Below are positions 50,301 through 64,000 of a stretch of DNA of 64,000 nucleotides, piece after piece. A program made the position numbers and the translations under genes. Position 1 is the first letter of the stretch; each line of letters begins with the position of its first letter. The stretch is taken from the NCBI GenBank assembly GCA_000934665.2, contig KZ538517.1:1-64000 (forward strand), written 5' to 3'. This DNA comes from Catajapyx aquilonaris. Lineage: Eukaryota. Below the pieces are notes generated by a model, which was not told the DNA's origin, did no database searches, and saw only the letters and a list, made by a program, of their open reading frames with translations.

Positions 50301-53300
50301 CGTCGGTAAAATGTCTCACAGCTGCGAGTAGAACTCCTATGACACGAGTACCGCCTGTATAGTAATTATTGGGCGCAGTGCAACAGCGGACCAATTTAGT
50401 TGAACAGGAAGCTTAGTTCCGGATGGGCTTCCAATAACATGTAATTATGCTCTCGAATTACCAGCTAAGTGAACTACGTGAAGTGGCCGAAAGAGGGGAG
50501 ACTTTGATCCAGAATTTTTTTGGAGGTATGCACGGGAGGAGAAGGGAAGAAGAGTGGTATAAGTGCATTAGATGAGAAGGGGGGTCCACAAGGAGGGGAG
50601 AGTGTGATTTCCCTCCGGGAAATGGGTCGGAGGGCAGGAAGGAAGGCGGGCCCAAGATGTCATCAGACGAGAATTAGGACCTGGAAATGAGGAATAAACA
50701 AGGAAGAAGGGGAGGCCGAGACAGATAGCAAATGACGTGAATTCCTTCAGGAAAACCCCTCCACCTGAAAAAGTAGACTGGGAATATCCTGAGGACAGCC
50801 TCATTACTGTCCCCTGTTAAATAGAGGAGGGCCACTCTGCATAAGTGTCATTTGTAAAGGTATCTCAAATGTCCATTTATGTCATATAACCCAAGCCCAC
50901 AGCTCGCCACACGAATGCTAAAACAATTATCCGCTATTTGCTGTAACCCCCCCCCCCCTAAGTGCTACACCTTGATTATAGATAAGGAGGCCATCATCAC
51001 ATCGCATTATTATTGAAGCAGTAGAGTGCGTGGCCGACCTAAATGGCCTAATCAGCCTTACGCAACGTTTCATCAGGGCCAACCCCAGCAGGGGTCGAAT
51101 TTCGGTTAGGTTCCAGGCAATGTTCGAGTCATTTCCTAATCACTGCCGTTTCCCATCCTCCTATTGTCGAGGAATGGTGGTGAAGCAGCAGCAGCCTGGA
51201 AATCAATTGGAGGTTCCATCGTCTCCTTTTATTTCATCCCCCTCCTTCCCCCCAGCCCAGTGCAGCTGGGAATCCTCCCCCGAAACGGAGCGAGAAATGA
51301 TAAGTAGCTTATCCCTTTGAGTCGGCCGAGGGGACATTAGGAAGAGGAGGAGGCGAGCGAAGGATCCGGATCTCAAGCCGCTCTCTTCCACCTCCTAAAG
51401 GCTTAGTACGGCCTCCTCTATTTTGGCCTCACCACCCACACTCCGGACCAGATCGAACCCACTGGAGAAGGAGGCATACTAATGGCCTTATTCGCACGTG
51501 CACACTCCAATAATAGCTTTCGTCGAAAATGCACGATCATCGATACATCATCCATTTGAAGCTATTTCTTGGACCTCTTGTCTGGATTTTCTAGGGGGCT
51601 AATGGAACATGGGTGGGGGTTGGAGGGGAACACCGAGGGGAAAACGTGTAAAAGGTTTTAGCATAACTGATGACTCCTGTTCAACCCATCCTTGCTTTTC
51701 ATAATGACTGAAAAATTACATGCATTGTAGTACCTGTATGTATAAGGATACAGCCTGATTTTCACCACCACCACAGTCAAAACGAACTTCAATCACTGCG
51801 GCTTTGTGTACTTGGGAACTCTAGTTATACTCCAACCACACTGTAACTTCGAACCTTTATGCTTAAGGGCGGAAGGTGAACTCCGGCAAAGGTAATGTAG
51901 TGGTACATTTTTTAAATCTTCATTACGCTGAAACAGTAGCGGTCGGACGTGCGGGAGAAACACTGTAATTGAAATTTCCAACCTGTAGGGCACTTCACGG
52001 TATTTGATTTTCTTTTGTACAGTCAATGCTCTGGAGAGTACTACCTATTGTCGAAGGCTAAATCAGTTTATGGCTCCAGTGATGGGCACAAACCAATTCG
52101 GATTTGAATTAATTCGAAGTTAATTCCAAACTGATGAATGAAATGGAATTGGATTTGTGGTTCTATATACACACTAGAAAATTTCTCACACGCAGACAAG
52201 AAAGGAAATGGGTGCCTGAGAAGGGATTTTCGAGGAAGAAAATAAATGAAGTACACTCGGGTCCTCATACGCCAAACGGGCATCTGCCTGCTTACTGGTG
52301 CCAAGCCTACATTTAGCTCGTCTTGTCTAAACGCTTGTAAGTGCCCATCTCTTAGCATAATTGGCCCACTCCCGCAATTTACCACAGCAACACTCATAAT
52401 GCAGAGTAATAAACTCCTAAAGTGCAAAAGCGACATTTAAGCACAAAATACCGATATAGGCATGTAACTAAACCACCTTGGCGGCTCCTCTAAGGCACTC
52501 CCAAATCTCCGGTCCAGGAGTCATGAAAGTCATGGCTGAGCAAAAGAGCGTGCCTGGAATGGGCCCGAGAAATCATCACTTTAGCATGCATCTCAGGAAG
52601 GGTCTATTAGTCCGAGCCTGCTGGCCCGGAATGCATTCGAGCTCATAAATGGAGAATGGGGAATCTCCCAGGCTGACCCCGCCTTTACCCCAGCATCTCA
52701 AATCAGATGCCTCTCAGCCCTCCGATATATTCTATTACGTGAGGAGAAGGAAGACGGGAATTGCAATTCCCACCGATTGTCTGCTTTGCTATAGAACCAG
52801 ACTGGAAGCTCCTTTAGTCTATATACGCCCTCTCGGTGTATTTATACTGATTAGGAGGACGTGACTGATCCGGATACCAAGTTCCTTTCCGGGTCTTCCT
52901 TATCTCGGGAGGCCTGGGAACAAACTCTCTGTCGTAAAATAAACGCTATCTCATGAACTTCTGCGGCAGTCGGACAAAAAAAAAAGTAGTAAATGTCCCG
53001 CAAGATATACGGCGATCATATAATTAACTATTAATCTGATATGACACGGAAACGCCCAAGTAATTATAATTTTATATACAGCTGTTCCGGGTTTGTATTT
53101 TTTACGGCAATAAGCAAAGGGTGTGGGAGAATGTGCCAGGCTATAATAACATTTGGCCAAGTATAGCCCGCTGAAATATCTGCACATCAAGAACTCATAC
53201 ATTTTGCATTCCACTGCAAAATCCAATTAACGGAAGCAATGTAATATGACCCACCCTTATATGCGGCTTAGAAACGGATTGGCTAATCTCTTGCCTACGC

Positions 53301-53481
53301 ATATACAGAGTAATGAAAACCCAATTTCAATTTACCCTAGAGAATGTCATACATTTTGCAATAGCTCAGTATCCTAAATAGTTTATGTGAGACGCTTATT
53401 AGGTACATGTATAATTGCTATATTAGTTGGTACAATGGGCAAAATTAATTCTAGCATCCTGAATGTACTGCACTTGCTGTA

Positions 53482-53738
53482 CAGTTGCGGACATTAATTC
53501 CGTCATACTGGTAGCGACATTTTCCGATGCGGCAGACGTGCAAATGGAAGTGATAGAGTGCCAGCCGGGTGCCAGCAGTGCGAGTAAGAAATGGTAGCCC
53601 TTGGGTGACGTCACTCCATTTCCCCCCAGCCGGTGACGTCAATCAAGGCCTACTTCTTCTTACTCTATCATTCGATTTGCACTTCTACCGCATCAGAAAA
53701 TGTCGCAAGCAGCATGACGCGATTAATGTCCAACAATG
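53482..53738. mobile_element. Tc1-like fold-back MITE
   Basis: TA|CAGTTGCGGACATTAAT...ATTAATGTCCAACAATG|TA with imperfect arms of about 75 bp; shares the GCGACATTTTCCGAwGCGGCAGA core with the 25700-25864 element. Confidence 0.7.
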
Positions 53739-56700
53739 TACACATGACAGACGAATTGAATTCCATATTCATACACAGCATAATCACTGGCCCGGAGACT
53801 GCATAAAATGCAAACGTCAAGTTGTGATCAACCCATCTCCATCAATCTTCCCTCGGAAATGAATATAAAAAAATCCTCCGACGTGTTGTATGAAGACCTG
53901 TCAGTAGCACGTGGTGGTGTCCCCTCTCTGCCCGTCACCTGATGGCATCACACCCTCCCAGAACGTTGCATCTCATCGTGTCCTATCTCATCCCATCCCC
54001 CGTCTCCTTGATCGAATCGATAAACAAGTGGGGCAAACCTCGTTAGAGCCCCCGATTCCGTCCCGATCGAGTCTCGGTCCTCTTCCTTTTGCATATTGGA
54101 GACGGAATTAAATTTGGGAGGCTAAGGAGGTTGTGGGGGGGAAAATGGGGGCGTCTCCTAGACAGGAAATGCTCACGAGGACACAAGTGGGATACTTGGT
54201 TCTCGGAAGAAGCTTCCATTTCCATTAACACGGTTACGGGTTTCTGTCCTCTCAGGACTAGTGCAAACGTGCACTGGCACTCAATAAGGGCTCTCTCAAG
54301 GTGGGGAAAAAAAATCTTAAGTTTTCTAGAAATACCCAAGAAAAATTTCTCACCTGAAAATCCGAGTGCTTAGTCAGCATGGCCATGTGTCTTTTTTGGT
54401 CCAGAATAGTTGTATTACACCACTGTCGATTCTCGGCGGAAAACCTGAACAAGAAGAAGAGAAAAAGGTTTCGTGACCGGTTCTAGAAGCAAATAAATGG
54501 CTCTCCACATCAATTACGCTATGGCTCAAAACGTCAACATCTCATCGATCTGGGGGAGTTGGTAAAAAAAAAACACACAGGGAGAAATGAGGAAGAGGGT
54601 TTGACATCACATTCTTTCTCTGCGGGATCCGGTCTGGAAGGATAACATCCTTTTTCTTGCAAGCTCAGGGGAAAAGGAAGCAAGGAGGCACACAAAAAAG
54701 TACAGAGTCCAAAATCCAATACCCAGTCCAATATCGAAAGTCTTAAAATCAATCAGTTTGTCAATTTTCTATTAGTAGTCTCATGGTGCCGATCCAAATC
54801 GAATTGAATCTACTTTTCTGATGAGTCAGATAGTTCACACAGATTTCAGACAACATTTACTCGTTACTCCTGAAAATGCAATTATTTACCTGAATGCATA
54901 CCCTAATAATGTAAAATTCATACTGGACTATACCTGACACTTGTTGTTGCGAAGCAGTCAATTACTGGGGTGCAAAACCACGATGTGTCAAATTCATATG
55001 ACTGGCAGTGTTTCTCTGCAGGCTACATTATTGTTGGAGCAGTTTTGATGTTTCACTGCATACGTCGTAATAAAGCCATATATCATTAAAACACGTCACA
55101 TTATTTTGATCGCATTAGTCACACCGCTGATTGATTCAGTCACCTGCATAACTACACGTCAAAACATCCGATTTGTTGCAATACATCAAACGTGTTATGC
55201 ATCACAATAATATAATTAACCAGCCTAATTAATTTCAGGCACTTATGCTCTCTTCAATATTCGTATGCGTCTCCACAAAACACCCTCAGCGCCACTTGCT
55301 ACACGCATCCACCACACTTTGTATATCCATTTCCATATCCATCCCAGACGCCTATGCCGCCAACCCGATTTCCCAAACTCGCCGCCTTTGAAATTTTAGC
55401 GGCGGGCTCGATAAAAAGCCTGACAGCAAAGCTGCGTCACACAATCTCCCAAACTGGAGTTTTTCAGGCTCTTCAATCCCGATTTTACCATATACACCCA
55501 GCCATAGCACACAAGGCCCTCTCCCTTTCCCCCCCNCCCCTTCAAAACCCCTATACGCATAACGAGGCGTCAGAGCCTCGACTTTCCCTTTTACAGTAGG
55601 CAAGCTATAACGCCAGATCCTATATGCATGCCTAACTTGATTAAGCCATAAAATCGACTGCTTTAAATCCGGTTGTCAGCATCAGAGGGAAAGCTTTCAT
55701 ATACGCACTATATTCGTACAATCCCCCCCAAAAAATTTGGAGAGTGGCTAGGCTGACTGGCCGAAGAAAGCTGGTTATAAATATGCTGACAGGGAGTAAT
55801 TGCAACTATTAGTACGCGTCACTCTTCCAAACAAGTTATTTGGCGCAAGGACATGTGAATGTGTCGTCGATGTCGCTCGTTGATATATCTTCAAGGAGGG
55901 AAAAGTTCAGAACTTTACCCGCTTTTTCTCCCTCGCCGTTGCCGTCTAAATTTCAGCCAGGACTTCATAAAACCGGATCCACTTACCCCCCTCAAAATCG
56001 ATGTCAGGGCGTGGCAAGAAAACTTGCGAAATATGGAAATAAGGTGGATCAGAACCTCTCAAAAACTTGTGTCGTAACTTCTTAAATCCACCCGCATTAA
56101 AAACATCGACCATAAAAAAAACATCACGTATAATCCCATATCTCTCTGTCGTGTCTAAACGGCCATTGACCATGGAGAGGCAATCGCTCCTGGAATCAAT
56201 ATGCTAATTGCGTCCAACACATTGCATAAATGATGCTGGCGGCGCTGCAATAAAAAGGTCCCCATCAATAGTGTCCATCGGACAAGTGATTCCACTACAT
56301 CAAGGAACATTCCCACAGTTTTCCCCCTCACTCCATGAACAAAAACAACGGTCAAAATGAACGTCCGACATATTTGTCCCATTCAGCATCCCCTCCCTCT
56401 TCCCCACCAAAAAAGTGTCCTTTTTCCCTCGCAATAATAAAAGCGCACAAACGCTTTAACTGCTGCTACCGTCTATAAATCCAGCTGAGTAATGAGGACC
56501 GTAAAAGTATACGACCTTCTACAGCATCCTCATGTGCGAAATGGGACTCTTTCGCCCCACGGGTTTCCCTTGTACAGTACCCATAGTACCAGCACCCAAA
56601 AAAGAAACTGTGGACGTGCTTACCATTCCTCCATTTTTTCCATCGCTAAAATTAATGCGTTTTTATTTTTCATCCAGAGATACCGAGTTTTTTCATACCA

Positions 56701-58720
56701 GGTGGTTTACAACCGTCGTGGTGTCAACGGAATTCATGCAGATATTTCGCTTTTTATGGGCTCATTAAAAGGGGCCTATTGGTGAGTCGTCTCGTTTGTT
56801 TAATCGGGTCTCATTTAATGGCGTTAAAGGGGAAGATAATTGCCTTCTTGAGACGCAAATATAAAATTTACCACGTACTTTTGGAGGAGCAAAATTATCT
56901 ACAAAGTGTGGGATTGCTCCTTGGTTTTCTTGTATAATGACTAATGAGTTTATATATAATTGCTTCAAAAGTGCTGCGCTTGTCATATTATCATACATTA
57001 TTGGTACACGCTGTTTATCACCAAGCCATTACATCCCGATTTAACCATCCATTAGCTTTTTGGCTCAACCCTTTTCAAAGGCACATTGGTTAACCACTTG
57101 AAAATAAAAAATATGCGCGGATCCAGAACCATCCTACCCGATTCAAAACATCATTCAGTTTTCAACATTCCCCCTCCAAAACCGAACACGAAGCAGAAAA
57201 CAAACACAACATTAAATTTGCATCCGAAATGCTCGCTATTCCATTACAGCTTGTTATGACAAATGCGTTTCGTTTCCAGCTCATGATGCAGCGTAATAAT
57301 CGATTTCAAAACCCCCTCCACAAAATCGAGGCGAAATAAGGGTATGGGTGTGGTCATATCCACTGTATCATATATGAGAGGAGTGATTTTCCGCCCGGAT
57401 TTTCAAGAGGCGTCGTCATCTTTTGGGGATGGGGACATCCACTGCTTCCACGTCCTTTGCTGCCTTCAGACCGTTCCTTTCCCCTCCCCAGAAGGCGCCA
57501 TCCTTGATGTATTTGTGGCCAAGTCGACAGGACGTGATTGGAAAGGCCAACCAAGAGAAAGAAGGGATGGAAAAAAAAGATCGAATTCTGGATAGGATTT
57601 TTTGCCTTCTAAAAAAAAAATAACGGAACGATTTATCAACCGCTGAAAAAGGGTACACAAGTTCCTCCGATGCTAACCAGAATCCCTCCCCTTCAGTCCT
57701 TTCTATGGACGTGTAAATATTGGGCACGTGATAGGATTGGATCAAAGCTGAAGTGCTATTATATTCGCAAGTATGCTCTGAATAATCCAGATAATTTGAG
57801 TCGTAGATATAGCTTAAAACTCATCGTGGAAAACTTGAGAAACTATTACTTTATAGAGCAAAAGCACTTGGAGCACAAACTTGGAAGGCTCGTTCCGCTG
57901 GGTTGAATTCTAATGACGACAGGAAGTCGGCATTTATGAAGGCGTATGTCCTTGCCTTAATCCTCATTTCTCTCTCGGTATGTACGCATTAACAAGTAAT
58001 ATTCAGGTAGGCAGAAAATTCTTCCATGCCTTACAAAATTTAATTCGCAGCAGATAGAGATCTTGAGATAGGATGGGGAGGGAAAGAGGATTTTCATTAC
58101 CGGGTAGAATCCTCGTGTATGGAAATCCGATGTTGAAGGGAATAAATGGATGACATGTGGATCGATTCAGGCGAGGAGGAAAAGCATCCCGAGCAATATC
58201 CAATATGATTTAGAGAGCTCCAGGATTTATGTACCGATTTGTGAAAGTTTCCAGAAAATCATTCGGGATGTTATGAGTGAGTGGATGGAACATCCTGGGA
58301 TTCTCCTGTGTTCAGCATGGTGGAAATTCTTCCGCAAAGATGTCTTCCAGAGAGATCGAAAAAATTTGAGCCCAACAGGAAGAACTCGCTTCATCATAAC
58401 GGGGGGTTTTTGCCCCCTATAAATCCATTTTTCAAAGTGCATTAACGGTTTGCTGATATGTACACTTTGTGATTAGTTCTGACATACCTGCAGGAATGAT
58501 CAATATGTATTCAGCAAGAGACTCCCCAATGCATCATATATCGAAACGCAAATCTTCCAGCGCATTATTGCAGATGAAAAGCGGAAGACGAAAAGCCAGT
58601 TTGTTCTTATGGCCCCTAGAAGCTTTACGATGCAGATGGTCACAGACGAAAGGCCAGCTGCAATACAAAATTTCAAATTTTTATTGCCGAATTTATTTCC
58701 ATGGATATATATGGCTCCTT

Positions 58721-58723
<3 letters not shown>

Positions 58724-58799
<76 letters not shown>
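58724..58799. repeat. (CT)n microsatellite
   Basis: Perfect CT dinucleotide run of about 38 units. Confidence 0.97.
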
Positions 58800-58801
<2 letters not shown>

Positions 58802-61800
58802 CCGTCGATAAATCCGGGCCCTGTTTTGGGAATAAACCCCTCCTGGTACTAAATCCCCCTATTGTACGTACCGATCGGACCCGCATTTTCCATGCAGCCA
58901 GCCCCAGGCACCAAACCCGGAAACTGCTATAATAACCATAGGCCTAATTGAGTGAGCTTGCATTGGATCTGCTATGCTCTTAGGCCCACCCCTGATTTGC
59001 GGTCAGCCCAAATGGCGTATACTCAGCAAAGCTAATAGGAGAGGCTTAAGTACTGATTAGATTAGGCTCGGACAGCAAAGGTCTGCTTGGAAGAGGCACC
59101 CCCTCGAGGGCACTGCCCGGACACACCTAAAATAGGAAATTACACGCACCGACTCAGCCGGATGGGACTTCTGTCCTGGGACTAACTAAGCAACCTTTTC
59201 CCTGCACCAAGTTTCCAACCCAGAAAGATGATGTGTTTAGGTGGAGGGCAACGTGAACCGTGTAGTTTATCAAATCCTCCCCCAGATTTGAGGCTCCGGG
59301 AGTGCCCAAAGCGCTTTCATCTTGGGCCATATCTGTAACCTGCATGTCTCCCTGGGGCACCCCTAGGACTCGCTATCAGACCGGGAATGCGTAACCCCTT
59401 AGCGACCGGGTCATTCCGTGAGAGATCTCATCTGGACATCAGTCCTCGGTGCATCTTTATTTGTATATGAGTAAATGCATTGAAATTCCGGAGACTTTAC
59501 GACTTCTTTATTTCAAAAATTTATAGCCGGGAGAGAGCTATAGAAATGTATTAAAGTCGCCCTTCTTATTAGATTGTATTTGCAAATGGTTTGAATTGGC
59601 AGGCCAGCAGTGCTGATGGATGGATCACGTCAGGTAGAAAGTACTGCACTTTATCTTCTAGCATGCATAGCCTATATAAGCTCTGAACCGGAGCAGCACA
59701 GATGGTGGCTAAGAGCAAACTTATCCAAACGAGGATGAGCAATCCATTAAAATTAGCAGCCCTCCAATGTAGACCCGGATAGAATTTCTATTTGGGATCC
59801 TCTACTTTCACAGTGCTGGGTATAACATTAATCATCAGAACGTACCTGATGTTTCCAAAATAATTGTTCCTTGGCAAATAATAATAATAATGTGACGCAA
59901 CCCAAATAAGAGTGACAATCATATTTATGCTGCACGCAAAGGTAAAATGACTGCCATTTTTCGACTTTATGGTGGTGCTAAGTTCCCATAAAACTTTTAA
60001 TTAATTTCATGCCGAAGTGGATTATGCAAAATAAACAAACTTTAGCAATCCCGGCATCGTAATCTGGCATAAATCACGCTGAAATTATTTCATGAAAAGA
60101 TTAAGTACGCACCCCTTGCAGAAAATTTTTGCATATTTTTAACGTCACGTGTAGTACCGTTACCATTTTCACAGGCCAATAATGTACCCTTAAAGCTTCA
60201 TAACCGTAAATGTCCACGCACTAGATAATATCAGAATTGGACCATTAAAAAAAATACCAAGCAGACGCATTATCCTGATTGTGCCGCAACCATTCCGGTT
60301 GCACACATCCCAGGATAAAACCAGCTGACCTTTTCCACCAACCAATTCTGCACCTGTAAAACTATACGCTTATTATGATTTCAGAAACGTACGCATGCAA
60401 CTGAAAGGTTGAGTCGGGGACAAAACCATCAGTGTCCCCTCGTGCTCGCTGGAGAGGGCATTTCAACAATGTCTCTGACACTCTGTCAAATCCAACAGCG
60501 AATACGTATAAAACTGCGAGGCCAGCAAAAAGCCAGAAGAGATTTTTAGAGAAGTCAGCAGGTGGCATCCGGTACATCCGAACTAAATATGACCAAAAAA
60601 TGAACCTGGCCTCTCCCAAAGGCAATGCGATATACGGATTCATTTTTCAAGCACAAAATAGGAACAAAACAGGGGGCATGTTTTATGAAAGAGAGTGTGA
60701 CAGACTGCTCTCGAATATTCATCCCCGGAGCATGGAACTGGGAATATAGCAAGTCAAATCGGAACCCGATTTGGAGATTTTTTTTGTGTGTGTTCGTACG
60801 GGGAGCACGCAAATTTTCCGGAGCTGGAACAGGGAGTCTCCGGGACATACAGGTCCGCTCAATATCAATCCGCAGGGCTTTCCGTATAAAAGTCTGCAAT
60901 GCGCGTCTGGGTCAACATTCTACGAGGTATATCCTCCCTAGGCGCTCTAACTCAGACGACGCTCAATGTCAACAGTGAATGGGTGACATTTGCCCACGTT
61001 TTACATTCGCCAGTTTGATTAAATTCAAAGTCAACTCAAGGGTATTCAGAAACCAGTCGAGTGGATTCAAATCAGGTTTCATCGAGGAGGAGAAACTTTT
61101 TTTTTCCTTGACTTATAGCTTCTGCGATATAGGATCAAAACTTTTCAGCTATTTGATTAATCTCAAGTTTTGTTCAAAAAAAAAACAAATCTGAAGTTTT
61201 CGTGAATTAATTGAAGTTTCAAGAAGTAAATACCTGCTGTTACATCCGGAGATTGTTAACTACAAGGCTTCTTGATGAGCTCGATTGAAGATGTGTACTT
61301 TGAACTGCGGCATGCATTACGCCCTAAATTAGGAGCAATTATTTATCTGTAACTGTCTTTGAGCTCCAAAATTCTGCTCATTATTTTTGCAACACTGCAG
61401 GTGATGAAGAGACAAAATTTTGCAAATGAGGCATGTGGCAGTAAGGACGGTGACACCTCACTTGTCAGAAGAAGGTCGAGTGTGTGCTGTAGGGTTAAAA
61501 CAGACCCAACCACTCACATCTGCTACTCTCGTTCTCGGCAAGGGTATCCCTGAGTGGAAATGGGGTGCTTGTAGAACCTGACATTACAAATCATGTGGGA
61601 TGCAACATGCATACGATAATATTATGTTACTGTACACCAAGTAGCACATACTGTCCATGTACTTTCCCAGTACAACAATTATGAAATGACTAACAGTTGC
61701 TCTGCATCAAACGAGCATGTAGTCCCATCATAAAGCCGAGTAGAGCTTTCCAAGTAATAAGTACTGCGTGTCTGAAAAGTGAATTGCGCCGAGCAATACG

Positions 61801-64000
61801 ACGTGCAGACAACGAAAATGCGCAAAACACCGCCGGTAATGAAGGCCGAGAAGGAGCAACGCCGAGCTAATGTTATGAATACAAATGCAAATTGGCCTCC
61901 CAAACTCATCCGCCGGCCATTTGACCAAGCAACGCTCGCTATGAAAACGCCTGTCCACTTCTCCCCACCCTCTATATACACCCCTCGCTTGAATTATGTA
62001 CTAATGCAGTGTGCAGCCAGTCGGCCAAATGAAGCTTGTAAACTCCAGCCAACCAACATTTCCACGAGCCCTCTTCATCATTTCCCCAACACCCAACAGT
62101 AAATCTATATCGCCAGAACACCCACCCGGTCCATTGCACCACTCCAACTACTATCCGATCCGATTCCCAAGCTCAATCTCCACACGTTTTACAACCGACG
62201 TGCAATCGGTTCCCACGCTTCATAAGGTGCGATGGACAGTGTTGGGCATCGGTGCGTTCAGCATGTTGTGTTTTGATTTGGAAATGACAGGGACCCTGGT
62301 CAAAAATGGGCTGGAGCTGATTGGCAAGCTCAAAAGCTGCGGGGGAAAGATAAGTTGGTTGTCACGGGGGCCAATATGCCGGGGGCGAAACTGCGGGGGC
62401 GAAAAGTCCGAGACCCGTTGATGACATTGCTATCACCCAGTATTCGCATATCCGGCACATAAGGTGCAGTATTCTATCGATCTAGAAATCCTTCTGCAAC
62501 CAACCAAGCAGGAAGTCCTGAGGTTATGTAACGGGTTAGTACACTGCAGCATGTATGTATAGTAACATTATCTGGATAGCTCAGCTATATACCATGAGCC
62601 GTACACAATGTGTTTCTTTTTCCACTGAATCGGTAAAATCTCCCAAGCTTCGGACACGCTCGCACGTACAAAGGTGATGGAGGGTGATGGATGGGGCTAT
62701 GTTGCCACTTCTTCAAAAGCCTTATATAGGTCCTAATCCAGAATAGCCAAGAGAAATCTACAATGCAGTTCCTGGGGCTATATATGCCATCTCTTTAACA
62801 CCTTTTTGTTTGCAGAGTTCATATTCCTATGCGTCCATGACTTTTCCACTTCCCACCCCTGCTCAGGCCTTCCAGTTTCGCACAATTGCAGTTTCCGTCC
62901 TGGACCGTTTTGAACATGCAGCATGGCAGCAAAACTAATGCAGTAATGCTCTTAGTCGGCGACCACTACAGTGTAAAAGCACTGGAGTCATCCGACCATC
63001 TCTTTGCACTCAGCAGTCGGTCCAAAGCGCATAGGCTGCTGCAATAAAAGAGAATATTATCTGGTTTGTGGGCGTCTGGCTGAAACTTTCAAGTCTGCCA
63101 GGTGTAACCGACTCTGGAATTCCTCATATTTTTTTTTTCAAAAGCCACGTTAAAAATAAACAACTCTTTTATTTATTAGGGCACTAGAGAGCACTCGCTC
63201 CTCATCGTGTTGAGAAGGTCATTGCTACAAAGAACAAGAAGACAAAGAAACCCCTACTGTGACTTTTTAATCATCCGTCGCAATGGGAGGTGCGAAATGA
63301 GCTTCTCTTTTTCTCGCCCGCCTTGATTCTCTCGCTTTGAGCGTGGCAGCTCTGAAGCTGTAGGCTCCCAATTCCTTTGATTTCGCCAAACGAATTTCAG
63401 AGCCGGAACACAAATAAAGTCTGCGACGAGACTGGAATTGGGGACAGCTAGTCAGAAACTGTTGCAAGCTCTTTGCCATTTAACTAGGAAAATGGAGGCG
63501 GGTTCTGCTTGCCTCAGGGTATAGTTTGAGCTCGTTACTACGCTTGTCTCTCGTCGCCGACGGCTTTCATCATTTGTGCACTGGCAAATTGTGACCTGCT
63601 CATTTGTCCTTCGACTGACAACCTTGATCAATGTGAAGGACGGGATGGCCTCCAAAATCTGATTATTGCGACTCCAAAAATTGGGGGATAGTGGTTTAAA
63701 AATTTCAAGAACAATATCACTACATTGAATGAATATGGAATTCAGGAATTATTTAATCACAAAGATCATCAGAATAAGCAAACTACCATACAAAAAGGCC
63801 ACAGTTTTGCGAAGAATTTCCTGCAAAGATCTGCAGTATAAACTATAAAGGATGGTGTGGTGAAATGGCTCCATGTAAACTGGAGTCCAGGCTTTTCCAT
63901 TTGGGTTGAGTTGTGAGAAGAGGTGGGGAAATTAATCTGCATTGCCGCCTAACACATAATACATCAAGGCGGTATGGTCCGGGAGAGGTAGGGTGGAAAG

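Noticed and set aside
58469..58932. ORFs with SL/ER repeats
   Set aside because: Artefacts of the (CT)n microsatellite.
47400..64000. Numerous 60-136 aa ORFs
   Set aside because: No recognisable domains, consistent exon chains or transposase/RT motifs; treated as intronic/intergenic.
1..64000. Prokaryotic systems (CRISPR arrays, operons, defence islands)
   Set aside because: The DNA is eukaryotic with spliceosomal introns, and I saw no regularly spaced repeat-spacer array.

Overview
Eukaryotic (intron-containing, most likely arthropod) genomic DNA, not prokaryotic. I could reconstruct seven spliced protein-coding genes by hand, with phase-consistent junctions: ARMC3/gudu-like (+, 1270-4421); a highly divergent TRC8/RNF145-like multi-TM RING-H2 E3 ligase (-, 6456-14592); SNX17 (-, 17283-22286); UQCRB/QCR7 (-, 24962-26414) head-to-head with LIPT1 (+, 27619-32618); a type II membrane protein with three LDLa repeats (+, 40881-42691, possible alternative first exon at 38807); and an uncharacterised low-complexity/coiled-coil protein (-, 44475-47312). 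Introns and intergenic DNA carry several fold-back MITEs (Tc1/mariner- and PIF/Harbinger-type), some nested, and a tRNA-derived SINE. I found no credible coding sequence in 47.4-64 kb. The most notable observation is LIPT1 intron 3: it has a perfect U12 (minor spliceosome) donor and a U12-like branch site but no usable AG/AC acceptor, which implies a GT-TG (or GT-AT) minor intron. All calls come from reading the sequence and recalling protein families; no searches were run.
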